A stretch of DNA of 64,000 nucleotides, from assembly GCA_050613775.1 (NCBI GenBank), contig JBODTK010000010.1, forward strand, positions 620,001-684,000, read 5' to 3'. Below, piece by piece: positions 15,241-29,941 of this stretch (position 1 is the first letter of the stretch; each line of letters opens with the position of its first letter). Position numbers and translations under genes: made by a program. The stretch comes from Neocallimastix sp. 'constans' (taxonomy: Eukaryota). The notes under the pieces are model-generated. The model saw only the letters and a list, made by a program, of their open reading frames with translations, was not told the origin of the DNA and searched no databases.

Positions 15241-15478
15241 ATAAATAAATATAAATATAAATATAAATATAAATATAAATAAATATAAATATAAATATAA
15301 ATATAAATATAAATATAAATATAAATATAAATATAAATATAAATATAAATATAAATATAAATATAAATATAAATATAAATATAAATATAAATATAAATAT
15401 AAATATAAATATAAATATAAATATATATAAATATAAATATAAATATAAATATAAATATAAATATAAATATAAATATAA
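15241..15478. repeat. (ATATAA)n microsatellite
   Basis: Hexamer run. It accounts for the YI/YL ORF 15130-15483. Confidence 0.95.
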
Positions 15479-18129
15479 TTCAAATAAGTATTTGTTTATT
15501 TATATTTGTTATATACAATAATATATCCTATATATTGATATGGATATCTTTTAAAATATATTATTATATTAATATAAAAATACTTTTAATTATACAAGAG
15601 TATAATATCATTCTTTGTTTTATTATCTACTTATATTTAATAATATATAGGAACAACCTCAGTAATTCTCTTACAGATCAAGTGCTTTTAGTTCTAGTAA
15701 TTATATAGTCAAGCAATAGGAATTTTATTAAATTTAAAAAAAAATAGGATTTACTCTGTGGTTCAAAAAGTTATTGTATATGAAAAAGTAATAAGATAAA
15801 AAAAAAATTTTTTTTTTAATTTTTTAGCAATATTATCTTTTTTTTTATATTTTAATTAATAAACTGCATAGTTTCAATAAAACATAATATATCAAAGTCT
15901 AAATAAAATATATTATAATCTATATTATTAATTACATTGTATAATATAAACTATATTAATATAAAATATATATATATGCTTGATATAATATATTAAAAAA
16001 CTGATGATATAAAAAAATGTCAAAAAAAAATTTTTTTGTTGTACAATAATCATACAATTTTTATATATAAATAATATATTACATTCAATTAATATACATT
16101 TACCAAAAAAAAAAAAATTAAGACTTTTTTTTTTATATGATTAGATATTAATATCATGATATAATAACTAGTAATCATATTAATTATAATAATATATAAG
16201 TAATAAATAATATATTAAGATATCTTTTTAGAATGATTATTCTTCAAAAATTTATTATCAATTATACTATCTAAATTAGAGTAAGGATTGGTGATAAATT
16301 AAATAATTTTAGGTATATAGGTATATAGTTATGAATAAATAATTTAAGTTTGTACATGCTTTTTTTTTTTTTTTTTTTTTTTTTAGTTTAGTTAAATTAT
16401 CATGTACTAATTATATAATCGCAATAATTGTAATAATCATAATATTAAGCTTTTTTGTTAATTGTGGCATAAGAATATTTTACCAATAGTACGGCTTGTT
16501 ACTTGTTACTTTAATTAAAAAAAAAAAGGTCATAATATTAATAAATTATATGATACTTTTATTAATATATAGTTTTATTTTCATTAAAAAATTTTTTTTT
16601 CATTTGAAAAAGTAATATATTATATTTTAATTGATGTATTTATTATATATTATTGTAGTATTGTAAATTAAAAAAATCAACATTTAATTGGATATATGAA
16701 TTATCTAAAATACATTTTAGTAATTTAAATAGTTAATTCATTTATAATAATGAATTAACATTTGTATAAAAATTAATTTAATTCCACTTTTCTAATTTTA
16801 AAAACTCTACACAAAATGAATTTGTAAATCTATAATATATTATTTATTAATTAATTATAAATTTATAATTGATAATAAATATTTATCTAAAAAAAATTAA
16901 CCTTTAAATTATTAATAGAAAATAATAATTCATAGTTTTATTATTGTTATATATTAATAGGATAATTTTTAATGGTGCTAATTTAAAGTGGAACAGATTA
17001 TAAAATGGTTCTTTTTAATTAGTTGGTGTACTGTGGTTGGTAAAAAAAATAAATAAAAAAATAAAAGCTTATAAAACATAATTTTTTAAATATTAATTAT
17101 TATTATTTTTAATTATATACTTATGTACTAAAATATATTAAATACATTTAATCATTGTCTAAACTGATAAATAAATTATATATATTTGTATATTAATACT
17201 TTATTATTATTAGTATTATTATTATTATTCAACATTTTCGGTCCCTTTTCAAGTGGATTTAGATTTTGTAAATTAATAAATATCTTTTATTTTATTAACA
17301 CAATTTATCTTTCTAATAATATTTCTTTAATTATTAAAAATGTTTATATACTATTTATAATTATTATTATTTTTTTTTAATAATCTTTCAATAATTTGAT
17401 TCTAGACTATTTATAATTTCCTAATATAGTTTTTTTTTTTTAAACATTTTAGTAAATAAAATTTATATAAATTTTTATAACTAATCAAGCCACACACATA
17501 TTCTGCTATATATATTTCTTTTTAGGGAAAATGAAATTAATAAAAGAATTTGCTAAGAAAGAAAAAAAAAGAAAATTAAAAAAAAAATTTTTTTTTTTAT
17601 TTTAATTAATTATATTAATTTTTTTTTTTTTTTTTTTTTTAAAAATTAAGGAATAAAAGAGATAATTAGGAAAAAAAAAAAAAAAGATTGGTATTTTAAA
17701 GCAATTTGTATGTAGTACAAATCTAGAAATAATAAAGAACAAAAAAATATATATTTATATATAATAAAATTAAATATTTATATTAAATGGAATTTATATT
17801 AAATAATATTAAAGTTTTATATACTGTAGATTAATATATTAGCTAAACTTAATAAATAATAAATTATAATAATATAATTATACTTTTCAGCAAAATGAAA
17901 TAATAGTTATAATAATGCAAATATTAATCAAAATTTTTAGACTTAAAAAAATTTAGTAGAATTAAAATTTGTTATTTCGATTTAAATAGCAAATCATCCA
18001 ACTTTATATTTATTAAAAAGAAAAAAAAAATGCCTATAATTTTCCTTTGAAAAATATTATTTTTTAATATTATAATATTTAATATGTGTTATGCCTCAAA
18101 TCTAAATTTTCTATAATCCTTTTTTTTTT

Positions 18130-18352
18130 TTATTTTTTAAAAAAAAATTATTATATTAATATATAATAATTTTTGATTAATGATTTTTTTTTATTTTTAA
18201 AAAAAATTATTATATTAATATATAATAATTTTTGATTAATGATTTTTTTTTATTTTTAAAAAAAATTATTATATTAATATATAATAATTTTTGATTAATG
18301 ATTTTTTTTATTTTTAAAAAAATTATATTAATATATAATAATTTTTGATTAA
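18130..18352. repeat. ~59-bp tandem repeat, about 4 copies
   Basis: TTATTTTTAAAAAAAAATTATTATATTAATATATAATAATTTTTGATTAATGATTTTT repeated. Confidence 0.85.
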
Positions 18353-19754
18353 ATGATAATCTTTATCTATGTATGATTTAGTAATTATCATAATTATTTG
18401 TTTATCATCATAATATTAATAAATTTATTCTTAATTACTTATTACCTATTTACTATTAGTTATTTACATATTCAATGTTAATTAATAATTCTTATTAGTT
18501 ATTACTTTTTTTTTTTTTTAGTTTATTATTATTATAAATTATTATTTATTATTAATTTTTTTTTTTTTGATTATTTATTGTTTATTATTAGTAATAGTCT
18601 TATTTACTAATGTTTTATATTACTATTTGTAGTTCGTTGTTTTTGATATGGTTAATTATTGTAATAAATATGAAAATTATTCTTATTATAAAACTATAAA
18701 ATCTTATTACTTTATGAACAAAATTGTCTCATTGATTTGCAACAAAATTTAATTTTTTAGATAGATATGTTATATCCACTGTTTTATCCATTTATTATGA
18801 CTTGTAATATTAATAAAAATTTCATAATTATAAAAATAAAGAAAATTGGAAAATTAGAACAAAAAAGAAAATATTTTTTTTACTTTAACAATTTTAATTA
18901 AAAAGCTTAAATTTATATAAAATACATATTAATAAAGTATAGTTTAAAAAAAATGAAATTAAATAATATTAGATAAAGTTAATAATTAATAGTTTGTAAA
19001 TTTTTTTTTATTTTTTTATGTTTTTACATTATGTAAAACAAATAGAAGATATTTTTTTTTTAATTTTTTTTTTTGCAATAATTAATTAATGATTAGAAAA
19101 CAAAAAAACAAAAAAACAAAAAAACAAAAAAAAAAACAACATTATAAATTTTAAATAAAATATTATAATTATTATTATCTGTTTTTTTTTTTTTTATAGA
19201 ATGTGAATTATTCAGATTTTAACTTTTTTTTTTTTAACTTATTTTTGGCAAATCATCTATTTGATAATGGAATGTCCTCAAACAAATTTCAGTCTTTCAA
19301 TAACCAATAATTTGTAATTCTGATTTAATTTAATTTTTTTTTTTTTTTTTATAATCTATTTATTTATTTATTTGTTATATATATATATTTTTTAATATTC
19401 AATTTTTAAATTATTTTATCTTATACAAAAAAAAAAAGATTCTAGTTCAAGACCATTTTAATCAAACAATTTCAGACATTTTCGTTAAAGTATTACAAAA
19501 AAATAAATATATAAATAATAAATATTAAATAAAAAATAATAAATATTAAATAATAAATAATAAATAATAAATAATTGTTAGAATATGTGAAACATATGAA
19601 ATAAGTAACATATAAAGTATGTTTAATAAATGTTAAACATATTAATACATATAATAATATGTTAAATGTAAAAGTCACAATGTGAAAATATTAATACATA
19701 TATTAATATGTTAAATGTAAAAGTCTCAATGTGAAAATATTAATACATGTAAAT

Positions 19755-20118
19755 GAATCTAGTGTATTTCGTAATTGTGCATTTCGCAATATGGCGTGTT
19801 TTTCGTATGTGGCTTGTTTTTTAATATTTAAATAAATAATAATTAAATATCTAATATTAAATAAATAATAATTAAATAAATAATAAATTTTCTTTTTTAT
19901 ATATATAATATATTAATATTCAATTGTAAAAATAATTTTTTATAAACAAAAAATAATTTTTTATAATTCTATTTTAATAAAATTTAAAATAATAATTATT
20001 TATATATTTATGATTGTATAGAATATCTTAAATTCTATGGCTTTATTTTAAAATTTATATAAGCCACATTTCAAAATGCACAATTGCGAAATGCGCTATT
20101 GCGAAGTACATGATCCCC
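19755..20118. mobile_element. MULE-family MITE (364 bp)
   Basis: Imperfect TIRs: GAATCTAGTGTATTTCGTAATTGTGCATTTCGCAAT versus reverse-complemented right end GGGGATCATGTACTTCGCAATAGCGCATTTCGCAAT. Flanks CATGTAAAT / TATGTAAAT give an 8/9 TSD match. Confidence 0.8.
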
Positions 20119-21239
20119 TATGTAAATTCATTTTAGTTTAAATTTTTAGTTCATTTATTAAAAAACTCAAAATAACCCATAATCATAATTTAATAAAGTT
20201 AACATATAAATCCCAAATTTTTAATAATAATAAATAATAAATAATAATAATTAATAATAATAATAACTAATAATAAATATTAATAATAAATAATAAATAA
20301 TATTAATTTATTTATTTATTATTTATTATTTATTTATTTTTTTTATAAATTATTAATTATTATTTTTTATTATTCATTACTTATTACTATTTTTTTATTG
20401 TATTATTTTATTTTTTTATTTATTATTTATTACTTTTTATTTATTATTTATTATTAATTAATATTATTATTAATTATTATTATTTATTATTTATTATTTA
20501 TTATTTATTAACTTTACAAAATTATGATCATGGGTTATTAAAAAACTCAAAATAACCTCATGGGTTATTTTGAGTTTTTTAATAAGTAATAAGTAATAAA
20601 TAATAAATAATAAATAATAATAAGTAATAAATAATTAAAAATAATAATTAATAATTAATAAAAAAATAAATAAATAATAAATAATTGAATAATTAATAAT
20701 ATATAATAAATAATAAGTAATAAATAATAAATAATAAGTAATAAATAATAAATAATAAGTAATAATAAATAATAATAAATGAATAACACACTTAAATTTA
20801 TGATTAATAAATTTTGATGTTGTTTATTTATTTTTGATTATTAGGAATTATAACTCTTCTTGTTTATATTACAGTGAGCATTTTAACTATTCATCATTTA
20901 TGGCACATTATATTCATATGGGGAGAGCGCGTTTCGGAACCGCACGTGAATAGATATAAGCCACATGATTTTTGAGATGGCGTATTATATATAAAATTTT
21001 TTATATAAATAAATAATTAAATAATAATTAAATAAATATTTTATTTTATAATAATTTCATAATTTAATATATATTTGATAATAAAAAATAAAAATATAAA
21101 AAAATAAAAAAATAAAAAAAATAAAAAAATAAAAAAATAAAAAAAATAAAAAAATAAAAAAAATTAAAAATAAAAAAAAAATAAAAAAAATAAAAAAGAT
21201 TAAAAAAATAAAATACAAAAAAAATAAAATAAAATATTT

Positions 21240-21790
21240 TCATTTTTATTTATATTTATAACTGTAATTTTTTATTATATAAATAAATAAATAAATAAAT
21301 AAATAATAATTAAATAAATATTTTTTTTTATAATAAAAAAATAAAATAAAAAAAAGAAAAGATAAATATTTTTTTAGTAATTTTCTTGAAATAAAATATT
21401 TTATTAGTAATTTTCTTGAAATAAAATAAAATATTTTCATATTTATTTATATTTATAACTGTAATTTTTTATTATATAAATAAATAATAATTAAATAAAT
21501 ATTTTATTTTATAATGAAAAAATAAAATAAAAAAAAGAAAAGATAAATATTTTTTTAGTAATTTTCTTGAAATAAAATATTTTATTAGTAATTTTCTTGA
21601 AATAAAATAAAATATTTTCATATTTATTTATATTTATAACTGTAATTTTTTATTATATAAATAAATAATAATTAAATAAATATTTTATTTTATAATGAAA
21701 AAATAAAATAAAAAAAAAAAGATAAATATTTTTTTAATAATTTTCTTGAAATAAAATAAAATATTTTTATATTTATAATTGTAATTTTTA
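21240..21790. repeat. ~180-197-bp tandem repeat (3 copies) upstream of the transposase
   Basis: TTATTTATATTTATAACTGTAATTTTT at about 21246, 21445 and 21626, with internal AATTTTCTTGAAATAAAAT subrepeats. Confidence 0.85.
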
Positions 21791-21871
21791 AAAAAAATTG
21801 AAAATACATATTAAATAAAAAATAAAAAATAAATATTTTCATATTTATTAATATTTATATTAAAAATTTTG

Positions 21872-23320
21872 ATGGAGGGAAATCTAAAAATTGATATAAG
21901 TGAAACAAATCGAGGAAAAGAGCAAATAATTATAGATCGAAAATTTAAATATAATTTTTCAAAATTAAAAAAAGATAATACAAAAATATATAGATGTACA
22001 GAATATAAAACATTAAATAAATGTAAGTCTTTTATTATTTTAAATGATAATAAAGAGGTTTTAAATTATGATTCTTCACATAATCATCCTAGTAATGAAA
22101 TTAATGCATCCAAATCATTAATAAAACATAAAATTAAAGATGAAATAAAAAAAAGTTTGATTCCTTCTGATATAAAATCAAAACGCATATTTGATAAAAT
22201 TTCTCAAGAAATAGGATATATATGCCCTGAATATAAAACAATTAAGTCCCAAATAACAAGATATAAAAACAAACAATTATTTCCTAATGTAAAAACATTT
22301 GATGAAGTTCCTAATGTATCTGAATATTATAAAACAATAAGAGGTGAATACTTTATGATATTCAAAAATTCTAATATAATAATTTTTCAATCACCATTCC
22401 AAGCAAAATTATTTATGGAGAATAAACATATATTTGCTGATGGTACATTTTTAATAGCTCCAACTAATAGTTATCAAGTATTCATTACCAGAACTTATGT
22501 TACAGAATTAAATTGTTTTTACACTACTTCCATGTCAATATTAAAAAACAAAGAACAAACAACTTACGAAATATTATTTAATGAAATAAAAAAAAATATA
22601 ATTAAATATAATGCAAATATTAATTTCTCAGAAAAAATTTTTCATTGTGATTTTGAAAAAGGAATATCTAATGCAGTGGAAAATATTTTTCCCAATATAA
22701 ATATTAAATATTGTTTTTGGCATTATAAAAGATTATTAATGACAAAAAAAAATAAATTATGTTACAAGGAAGTGAAAGATCATAATATTTTAAATACTTA
22801 TTATAAAGCGATTTCTAATTTATGTTTTATTAATATTGAATACATACCTGATATTTTTAATAAAATTAAAAATACATGCATGAGATATAAATCTACCTGT
22901 TCCCAATTTTTGAATTTTTTAGATTATTTTGAGAAAACATTTCTAAATATCTATAATATAAAATATTGGAATTATTACAATAATATAGACCACATAACAA
23001 ATAATGCTTCAGAATCTTATAACAGTTATTTAAAAAATTTATTTGTAAAAAAGCCTTCATTTTATAAATTAATATATACAATACAATTTGAAGAATCCAA
23101 ATCTTACTATGATTACCATATGAGAATTAAAGGAATTTGGAGAAAAAAGAGCAGAATATCAGAAAGGGTCGATGACATTAATATTTTAGTTGAATATTAT
23201 AAAAATATGGAAGCCGAATTAAAAAATATTGGATGTAGTAAAAATGATATCATCGAAAATTGGTTTAATTGTTTAATTAGATTGAATAATGAAATCATTA
23301 ATTTTAATAAAACAAAATAA
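21872..23320 (+). CDS. Mutator-like (MULE) DDE transposase with N-terminal FLYWCH-like Zn finger, intact, 482 aa
   Basis: YRC..C..HNH finger; catalytic motifs FADGTF, HCDFE, CFWH, TNNASESYN. The first ATG is at 21872 (the ORF track starts at a TTG). Confidence 0.92.
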   Translation: MEGNLKIDISETNRGKEQIIIDRKFKYNFSKLKKDNTKIYRCTEYKTLNKCKSFIILNDNKEVLNYDSSHNHPSNEINASKSLIKHKIKDEIKKSLIPSDIKSKRIFDKISQEIGYICPEYKTIKSQITRYKNKQLFPNVKTFDEVPNVSEYYKTIRGEYFMIFKNSNIIIFQSPFQAKLFMENKHIFADGTFLIAPTNSYQVFITRTYVTELNCFYTTSMSILKNKEQTTYEILFNEIKKNIIKYNANINFSEKIFHCDFEKGISNAVENIFPNINIKYCFWHYKRLLMTKKNKLCYKEVKDHNILNTYYKAISNLCFINIEYIPDIFNKIKNTCMRYKSTCSQFLNFLDYFEKTFLNIYNIKYWNYYNNIDHITNNASESYNSYLKNLFVKKPSFYKLIYTIQFEESKSYYDYHMRIKGIWRKKSRISERVDDINILVEYYKNMEAELKNIGCSKNDIIENWFNCLIRLNNEIINFNKTK

Positions 23321-24139
23321 AAATAATTATTAAAATCCTTTCAAAATCATAATTACAATTAATTGAAAATTAAATTTTTTTATTTAATAAGAAATTCAAT
23401 ATTTAAATTTATTTAATATTTATTGATAGGGTTAGCTTAAAAATATTAAAAAAAAATTTTTTTTATAAATTTATTTTAAATATTTTTTACTTAATTAAAT
23501 ATTATTAAATAAAATTAAAAGATGTCTTTATTATTATATATTAGTATTATAAAATATTAAAAATATGAATGTATTGCATTTCTCATTATTTTTATTTTAT
23601 ATTGTAGTAAATTAATAAATAAATAAATAATTTTTATAAAATAAACCAATTATTAAATTAATATATTTTTTAAAAATATATTTAATGTATATTTCATATT
23701 TTTAATAAATATTCAAATATACATTTTAAATATATATAATGATATTTAAGTATTATAATACTTATAAAAGAAAATAATTAATATTTTAAATTATTTCTAT
23801 CAGGCTTTCTAAAAAAACTTTACTATTTGTAAAAATAGTAATGCTCTTTTTGTTAGTTTATTAGATTTGTATAATATAAATATCTAAAATAATTTATTTA
23901 TTATTTAATAGAAATTTATGTTTAAAAATGTTATTGTTATTATTACTATTACTAAAAAAAAGTTTTAATTTAATATTTATAATTAAATTTTCAAATAATC
24001 TTTCCTTATCAAGTTAAATATAATGCTCCTGAGTAAAAAAGATTTTCGTATTATATAAAATTTATTTAAAATATTAGATAAAAAAATATTAAAAAGGAAA
24101 TAAGAATTTTAAAAAGAATATTTTAAAAATAAAATGAAA

Positions 24140-27100
24140 AAAATATAGAATGTAATAATATAGAAGTATAAGTATATAAAATAAAATAAAATAAAATAAA
24201 TAGTTGAAATATAAATATAAAGTACAAATTGAATAAAATAAAATAAATAGTTGAAATATAAATATGAAATACAGAATGAATAAAATAAAATAAATAGTTG
24301 AAATATAAATATGAAGTACAGATTGAATAAAATAAAATAAAATATATAGTTGAAATATAAATATAAAGTACAGATTGAATAAAATAAAATAAATAGTTGA
24401 AATATAAATATGAAGTACAGAATGAATAAAATAAAATAAATAGTTGAAATATAAATATAAAGTACAGGATGAATAAAATAAAATAAATAGTTGAAATATA
24501 AATATGAAGTACAGATTGAATAAAATAAAATAAATAGTTGAAATATAAATATGAAGTACAGAATGAATAAAATAAAATTAATAGTTGAAATATAAATATA
24601 AAGTACAGATTGAATAAAATAAAATAAAATAAATAGTTGAAATATAAATATGAAGTACAGAATGAATAAAATAAAATTAATAGTTGAAATATAAATATAA
24701 AGTACAGATTGAATAAAATAAAATAAAATAAATAGTTGAAATAAAAATATGAAGTACAGATTGAATAAAATAAAATAAATAGTTGAAATATAAACATAAA
24801 GTACAGGATGAATAAAATAAAATAAATAGTTGAAATATAAATATAAAGTACAGGATGAATAAAATAAAATTAATAGTTGAAATATAAATATAAAGTACAG
24901 ATTGAATAAAATAAAATAAAATAAATAGTTGAAATATAAATATGAAGTACAGAATGAATAAAATAAAATTAATAGTTGAAATATAAATATAAAGTACAGA
25001 TTGAATAAAATAAAATAAAATAAATAGTTGAAATATAAATATAAAGTACAAATTGAATAAAATAAAATAAATAGTTGAAATATAAATATGAAATACAGAA
25101 TGAATAAAATAAAATAAATAGTTGAAATATAAATATGAAGTACAGATTGAATAAAATAAAATAAAATATATAGTTGAAATATAAATATAAAGTACAGATT
25201 GAATAAAATAAAATAAATAGTTGAAATATAAATATGAAGTACAGAATGAATAAAATAAAATAAATAGTTGAAATATAAATTATAAAGTACAGGATGAATA
25301 AAATAAAATAAATAGTTGAAATATAAATATGAAGTACAGATTGAATAAAATAAAATAAATAGTTGAAATATAAATATGAAGTACAGAATGAATAAAATAA
25401 AATAAATAGTTGAAATATAAATATAAAGTACAGGATGAATAAAATAAAATAAATAGTTGAAATATAAATATGAAGTACAGATTGAATAAAATAAAATAAA
25501 TAGTTGAAATATAAATATGAAGTACAGAATGAATAAAATAAAATAAATAGTTGAAATATAAATATAAAGTACAGATTGAATAAAATAAAATAAATAGTTG
25601 AAATATAAATATGAAGTACAGAATGAATAAAATAAAATAAATAGTTGAAATATAAATATAAAGTACAGGATGAATAAAATAAAATTAATAGTTGAAATAT
25701 AAATATAAAGTACAGATTGAATAAAATAAAATAAAATAAATAGTTGAAATAAAAATATGAAGTACAGATTGAATAAAATAAAATAAATAGTTGAAATATA
25801 AATATAAAGTACAGGATGAATAAAATAAAATTAATAGTTGAAATATAAATATAAAGTACAGATTGAATAAAATAAAATAAATAGTTGAAATATAAATATG
25901 AAATACAGAATGAATAAAATAAAATAAATAGTTGAAATATAAATATGAAGTACAGATTGAATAAAATAAAATAAAATAAAATAAAATAAAATAAAATAAA
26001 ATAAAATAAAATAAAATAAAATAAAATAAAATAAAATAAAATAAAATAAAATAAAATAAAATAAAATAAAATAAAATAAAATAAAATAAAATAAAATAAA
26101 ATAAAATAAAATAAAATAAAATGAATAAATATTGAAATATAAATATGAAGTACAGATTGAATAAAATAAAATAAAATAAAATAAAATAAAATAAAATAAA
26201 ATAAAATAAAATAAAATAAAATAAAATAAAATAAAATAAAATAAAATAAAATAAAATAAAATAAAATAAAATAAAATAAAATAAAATAAAATAAAATAAA
26301 ATAAAATAAAATAAAATAAAATAAAATAAAAGAAATAAAATAAAATAAAATAAAATAAAATAAAATAAAATAAAAGAAATAAAATAAAATAAATAGTGAA
26401 GTAATATTAAAGAATAAAGTATTAATAAAAATAAAATAAAATAAAATAAATAGTGAAGTAATATTAAAGAATAAAGTATTAATAAAAATAAAATAAAATA
26501 AAATAAAATAAAAGAAATAAAATAAAATAAATAGTGAAGTAATATAAAGGAATAAAGTATTAATAAAAATAAAATAAAATAAAATAAAATAAAATAAAAT
26601 AAAATAAAAATAAAATAAAATAAAATAAAATAAAATAAAATAAAATAAAATAAAATAAAATAAAATAAAATAAAATAAAATAAAATAAAATAAAATAAAA
26701 TAAAATAAAATAAAATAAAATAAAATAAAATAAAATAAAATAAAAATAAAATAAAATAAAATAAAATAAAATAAAATAAAATAAAATAAAATAAATAAAA
26801 TAAAATAAAATAAAATAAAATAAAATAAAATAAAATAAAATAAAATAAAATAAAATAAAATAAAATAAAATAAATAAAATAAAATAAATAAATAAAATAA
26901 AATAAAATAAAATAAAATAAAATAAAATAAAATAAAATAAAATAAAATAGTGAAGTAATATAAAGGAATAAAGTATTAATAAAAATAAAATAAAATAAAA
27001 TAAAATAAAATAAAATAAAATAAAATAAAATAAAAAAATTATTTGAATTATAATAAAAATACAAGTATTAATAAAAATAAAATAAAATAAAACAAAATAA

Positions 27101-27210
27101 ATATTTGAATTATAATAAAAATACAAGTACTAATAAAATAAAATAAATATGTGAATTATAATAAATTGCAAGTATCAATCGAAATAAAATAAAATAAAAT
27201 AAAATAAAAT
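24140..27210. repeat. 47/52-bp minisatellite (roughly 35-40 units, 24197-25970) grading into (TAAAA)n with interspersed variant units
   Basis: Unit AAATAGTTGAAATATAAATAT(G/A)AAGTACAG(AT/AA/GA)TGAATAAAATAAAAT. No unique spacers. Confidence 0.95.
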
Positions 27211-27825
27211 AAATATGCAGTGAAATAATAATATATAATATGATAAAATAAAATAAATAAGATATTGATATGAAATTAATATAAAAACTGAATTTAGCAA
27301 CAAATAAATTATATAATAAATAAATGATATAGCATATTCATATATATTAACATGAATTTTATTATAATTTTTACAGTATTTTAAATTAATGTAAATTATT
27401 ATATTTCCATATAATAAACAAACTTTATAATTAGAAAATAGTATAAAAAGAAATATTATTAAATATTATTATTAAATAATTAAATGAATAAATTAATAAA
27501 TAAATAAAAATTTTCAGAATATGGCGAATGTAAATCATTATTTTTTTTGAAATATATCACATTTTAAATATTTTTAATAATTATTTTTTCAAAGAAATTA
27601 TATGTGCCATTTTATTTTAATATTTAAATATTATATTCATAAATAAAAATTTATAAAAAAAATAATATAAGCCACATTCCGAAATGAAAATTTATGTAAA
27701 AATATTTAAAGCCACATTCCGAAACGCACCACCCCCGCATTACGCCAATTTTCACGTGATATAAATAAATATGTGGCTATTGCTATATTATGCTACATAA
27801 TATTATTTTATTGTATTATTTTGTT

Positions 27826-28191
27826 GGGAGAGTAGCATTTCCCCAAATTGCATTTCGCCAGGTTGCATTTCGCCAAGTGGCGTAGTATTAAAATGTTGCA
27901 TTTCCCCAAGTTGCTTTTCGCCAGGTTGCATTTCGACAAGTAGAGTATTGATATAAATAAATGAATAAATAAATAAATATTAATTCAAAATATATTTTTT
28001 TTAAAATTGTTTTTATGTGATATTAATAATATTTAATTTTATTTATTGATTTATTTATTTATTTAATAATTTTCAATTTGGCGAATTGCAACTTGGCGAA
28101 ATGCCACATTTTTTTAATACGCCACATGCTTTCAAAAAAATTAGCGAAATGCAATCTGGCGAAATGCAATTTGGCGAAATGCCCCACACCC
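27826..28191. mobile_element. MULE-family MITE (366 bp) with perfect 9-bp TSD
   Basis: ~50-bp TIRs built from GCATTTCGCCA repeats (GGGAGAGTAGCATTTCCCCAAATTGCATTTCGCCAG versus GGGTGTGGGGCATTTCGCCAAATTGCATTTCGCCAG). TATTTTGTT at 27817-27825 and 28192-28200. Confidence 0.93.
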
Positions 28192-28555
28192 TATTTTGTT
28201 ATTTCAACTTTTAAATTAATTATTAAGTGAATAATTAAATAAATCATTTAATGGTTAGATTTTATGATTTTAATTCTTTTATTTAAATGCTATTAATAAA
28301 AGAATTATATAAAAATATAAATTTTATTAAAGATATAAATGTTTTTAATATTAATTCTTTTATTTAAATGTTATTAAAAAAAAATAATAATTATAATGAT
28401 ATAATGATAAATTATTAATTATACATTGTATTTGAATATTTATTTATACTGTATAAATTTAATTAAGCTTTATAAATTAAATTTTTGAATGACAGAATTC
28501 TGATTATTTCGTTTGGTCATTTCTCATTTCTTAATTATTTATTATGAAGTAATAT

Positions 28556-29940
28556 TTATATTATTTTATTTAAATCAGTTAAACAATCAAACCACAAATT
28601 AATAATGTTATTTCTAATACATTTAGCATCAATTAATTTGGCTTCAATATTTTTGTAGCGTTCAATTAAGACACTGATTTCATTATTTTTATTTATTGCT
28701 CTTTTTTTTATTTTACAAATTCCTCTTAATTTTCTTTGATAATCATTATATGATAAATGTTCAAGTTCATTTAATTTATCTATTAATTCATAAAAAGATG
28801 GTTTGTTGGAAATAAATTATTTAAATAATTATTGAGTAATTCTGAGGTATTGTTTGTTATATGTTCCATATTATTATTATTATAGTAATTCCAAATTTTC
28901 ATATCATAACCAACTAAATATGTTTCATAAAAATATTCTAAAAATTTTAAAAATTTGACGATAATTATTTTTAATGGATTTAATTTTAATTATAACATAA
29001 ATATCAAATATGTATTCAGGATTTATAAATGGTAAATTTGAAATAGCTTTATAATAAATAAATATATTATTATCATTTTTTACTTCATTATAGCATAATT
29101 TATTTTTTTTTTAATTTCTAGTGATTTTTTATAATGTTAAATGCAATATTTAATATTTGTATTAGGAAACATTGTTTTTTTGACGCTTTAGATATGCCCT
29201 TTTCAAAATCACAATGCAAATTTTTTGGTTCAATTATAATATTATTGTTACATGTATTAGCATTTTTTTATAATTTTTCAAATAATATTTTATATGTTCC
29301 TTGTTCTTTATTTTTTAATATTGCAAAAGAAGTAGTGTAAAAACTATCTAATTCTTTACCATAAGTTCTTGTAATAAATATTTGATAACTAAATTTAGGG
29401 ACAATAAAAACTGTACCATCAACAAATATATCATCATTATATTCCCTAAATAACTTTGTTTGAAAAGGGGATTGAAAAATTATTAAATTAGAATTTTTGA
29501 ATATCATAAAATTTCCACCTCGCTTTGTTTTATAATATTCAGATTCACTTGGAATTTCAGCAAATGTTGTTGCATCGGATGATAGTATTTTATTAAAATT
29601 TCTTGTTATTTGGAATTTAATTGAATTATATTCTGTACATATAAGTCCTATTTCTTTAGAAATTTTATTATATAGGGGTTTTATTTTTACACCAAAAAGA
29701 ATTAAACTTTTTTCATTTCCATCTTTTAATTTTATGTTTCATTATAAATAGAGATACATCGTATTCTTTTTCAGGATGATTATGTGAACTATCATAATTT
29801 AATATTTCTTTCTTATCATTTAAAATAATAAAAGATTTACATTTATTTATTTTTTTTTTATATTCGGTATATTTATTAACTTTATAGAATTATCTTTTCA
29901 TGTATATGAAAAATTAAATTTATATTTTTTATTAATAATT
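28556..29940 (-). pseudogene. MULE transposase pseudogene (5'-truncated, with stops and frameshifts)
   Basis: The fragment MIFKNSNLIIFQSPFQTKLFREYNDDIFVDGT.. is nearly identical to ORF 45700. The C-terminus ..LWFDCLTDLNKII* resembles MULE A ..WFNCLIRLN. Confidence 0.9.
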
Positions 29941-29941
29941 T

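Larger units (their letters stand above)
20920..27736 (+). mobile_element. MULE element A (putative full extent)
   Basis: Left end GGGGAGAGCGCGTTTCGGAA and reverse-complemented right end GGGGGTGGTGCGTTTCGGAA enclose an intact transposase and a minisatellite. No matching 9-bp TSD, so pairing of the two ends is inferred. Confidence 0.65.

Noticed and set aside
9600..19700. Genes in the long AT-rich stretch (ORFs at 14070, 17186, 19493)
   Set aside because: Low-complexity translations without motifs or convincing splice structure. Small exons cannot be excluded by eye.
24197..25970. CRISPR-like periodic array
   Set aside because: Units are contiguous with no unique spacers, and there are no cas genes; it is a minisatellite.
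24123..27126. Long F/Y/I/L-rich ORFs (also 13190, 15130, 29949-30293, 42322-42646, 43912-45008)
   Set aside because: They are translations of mini- and microsatellites that lack stops on one strand.
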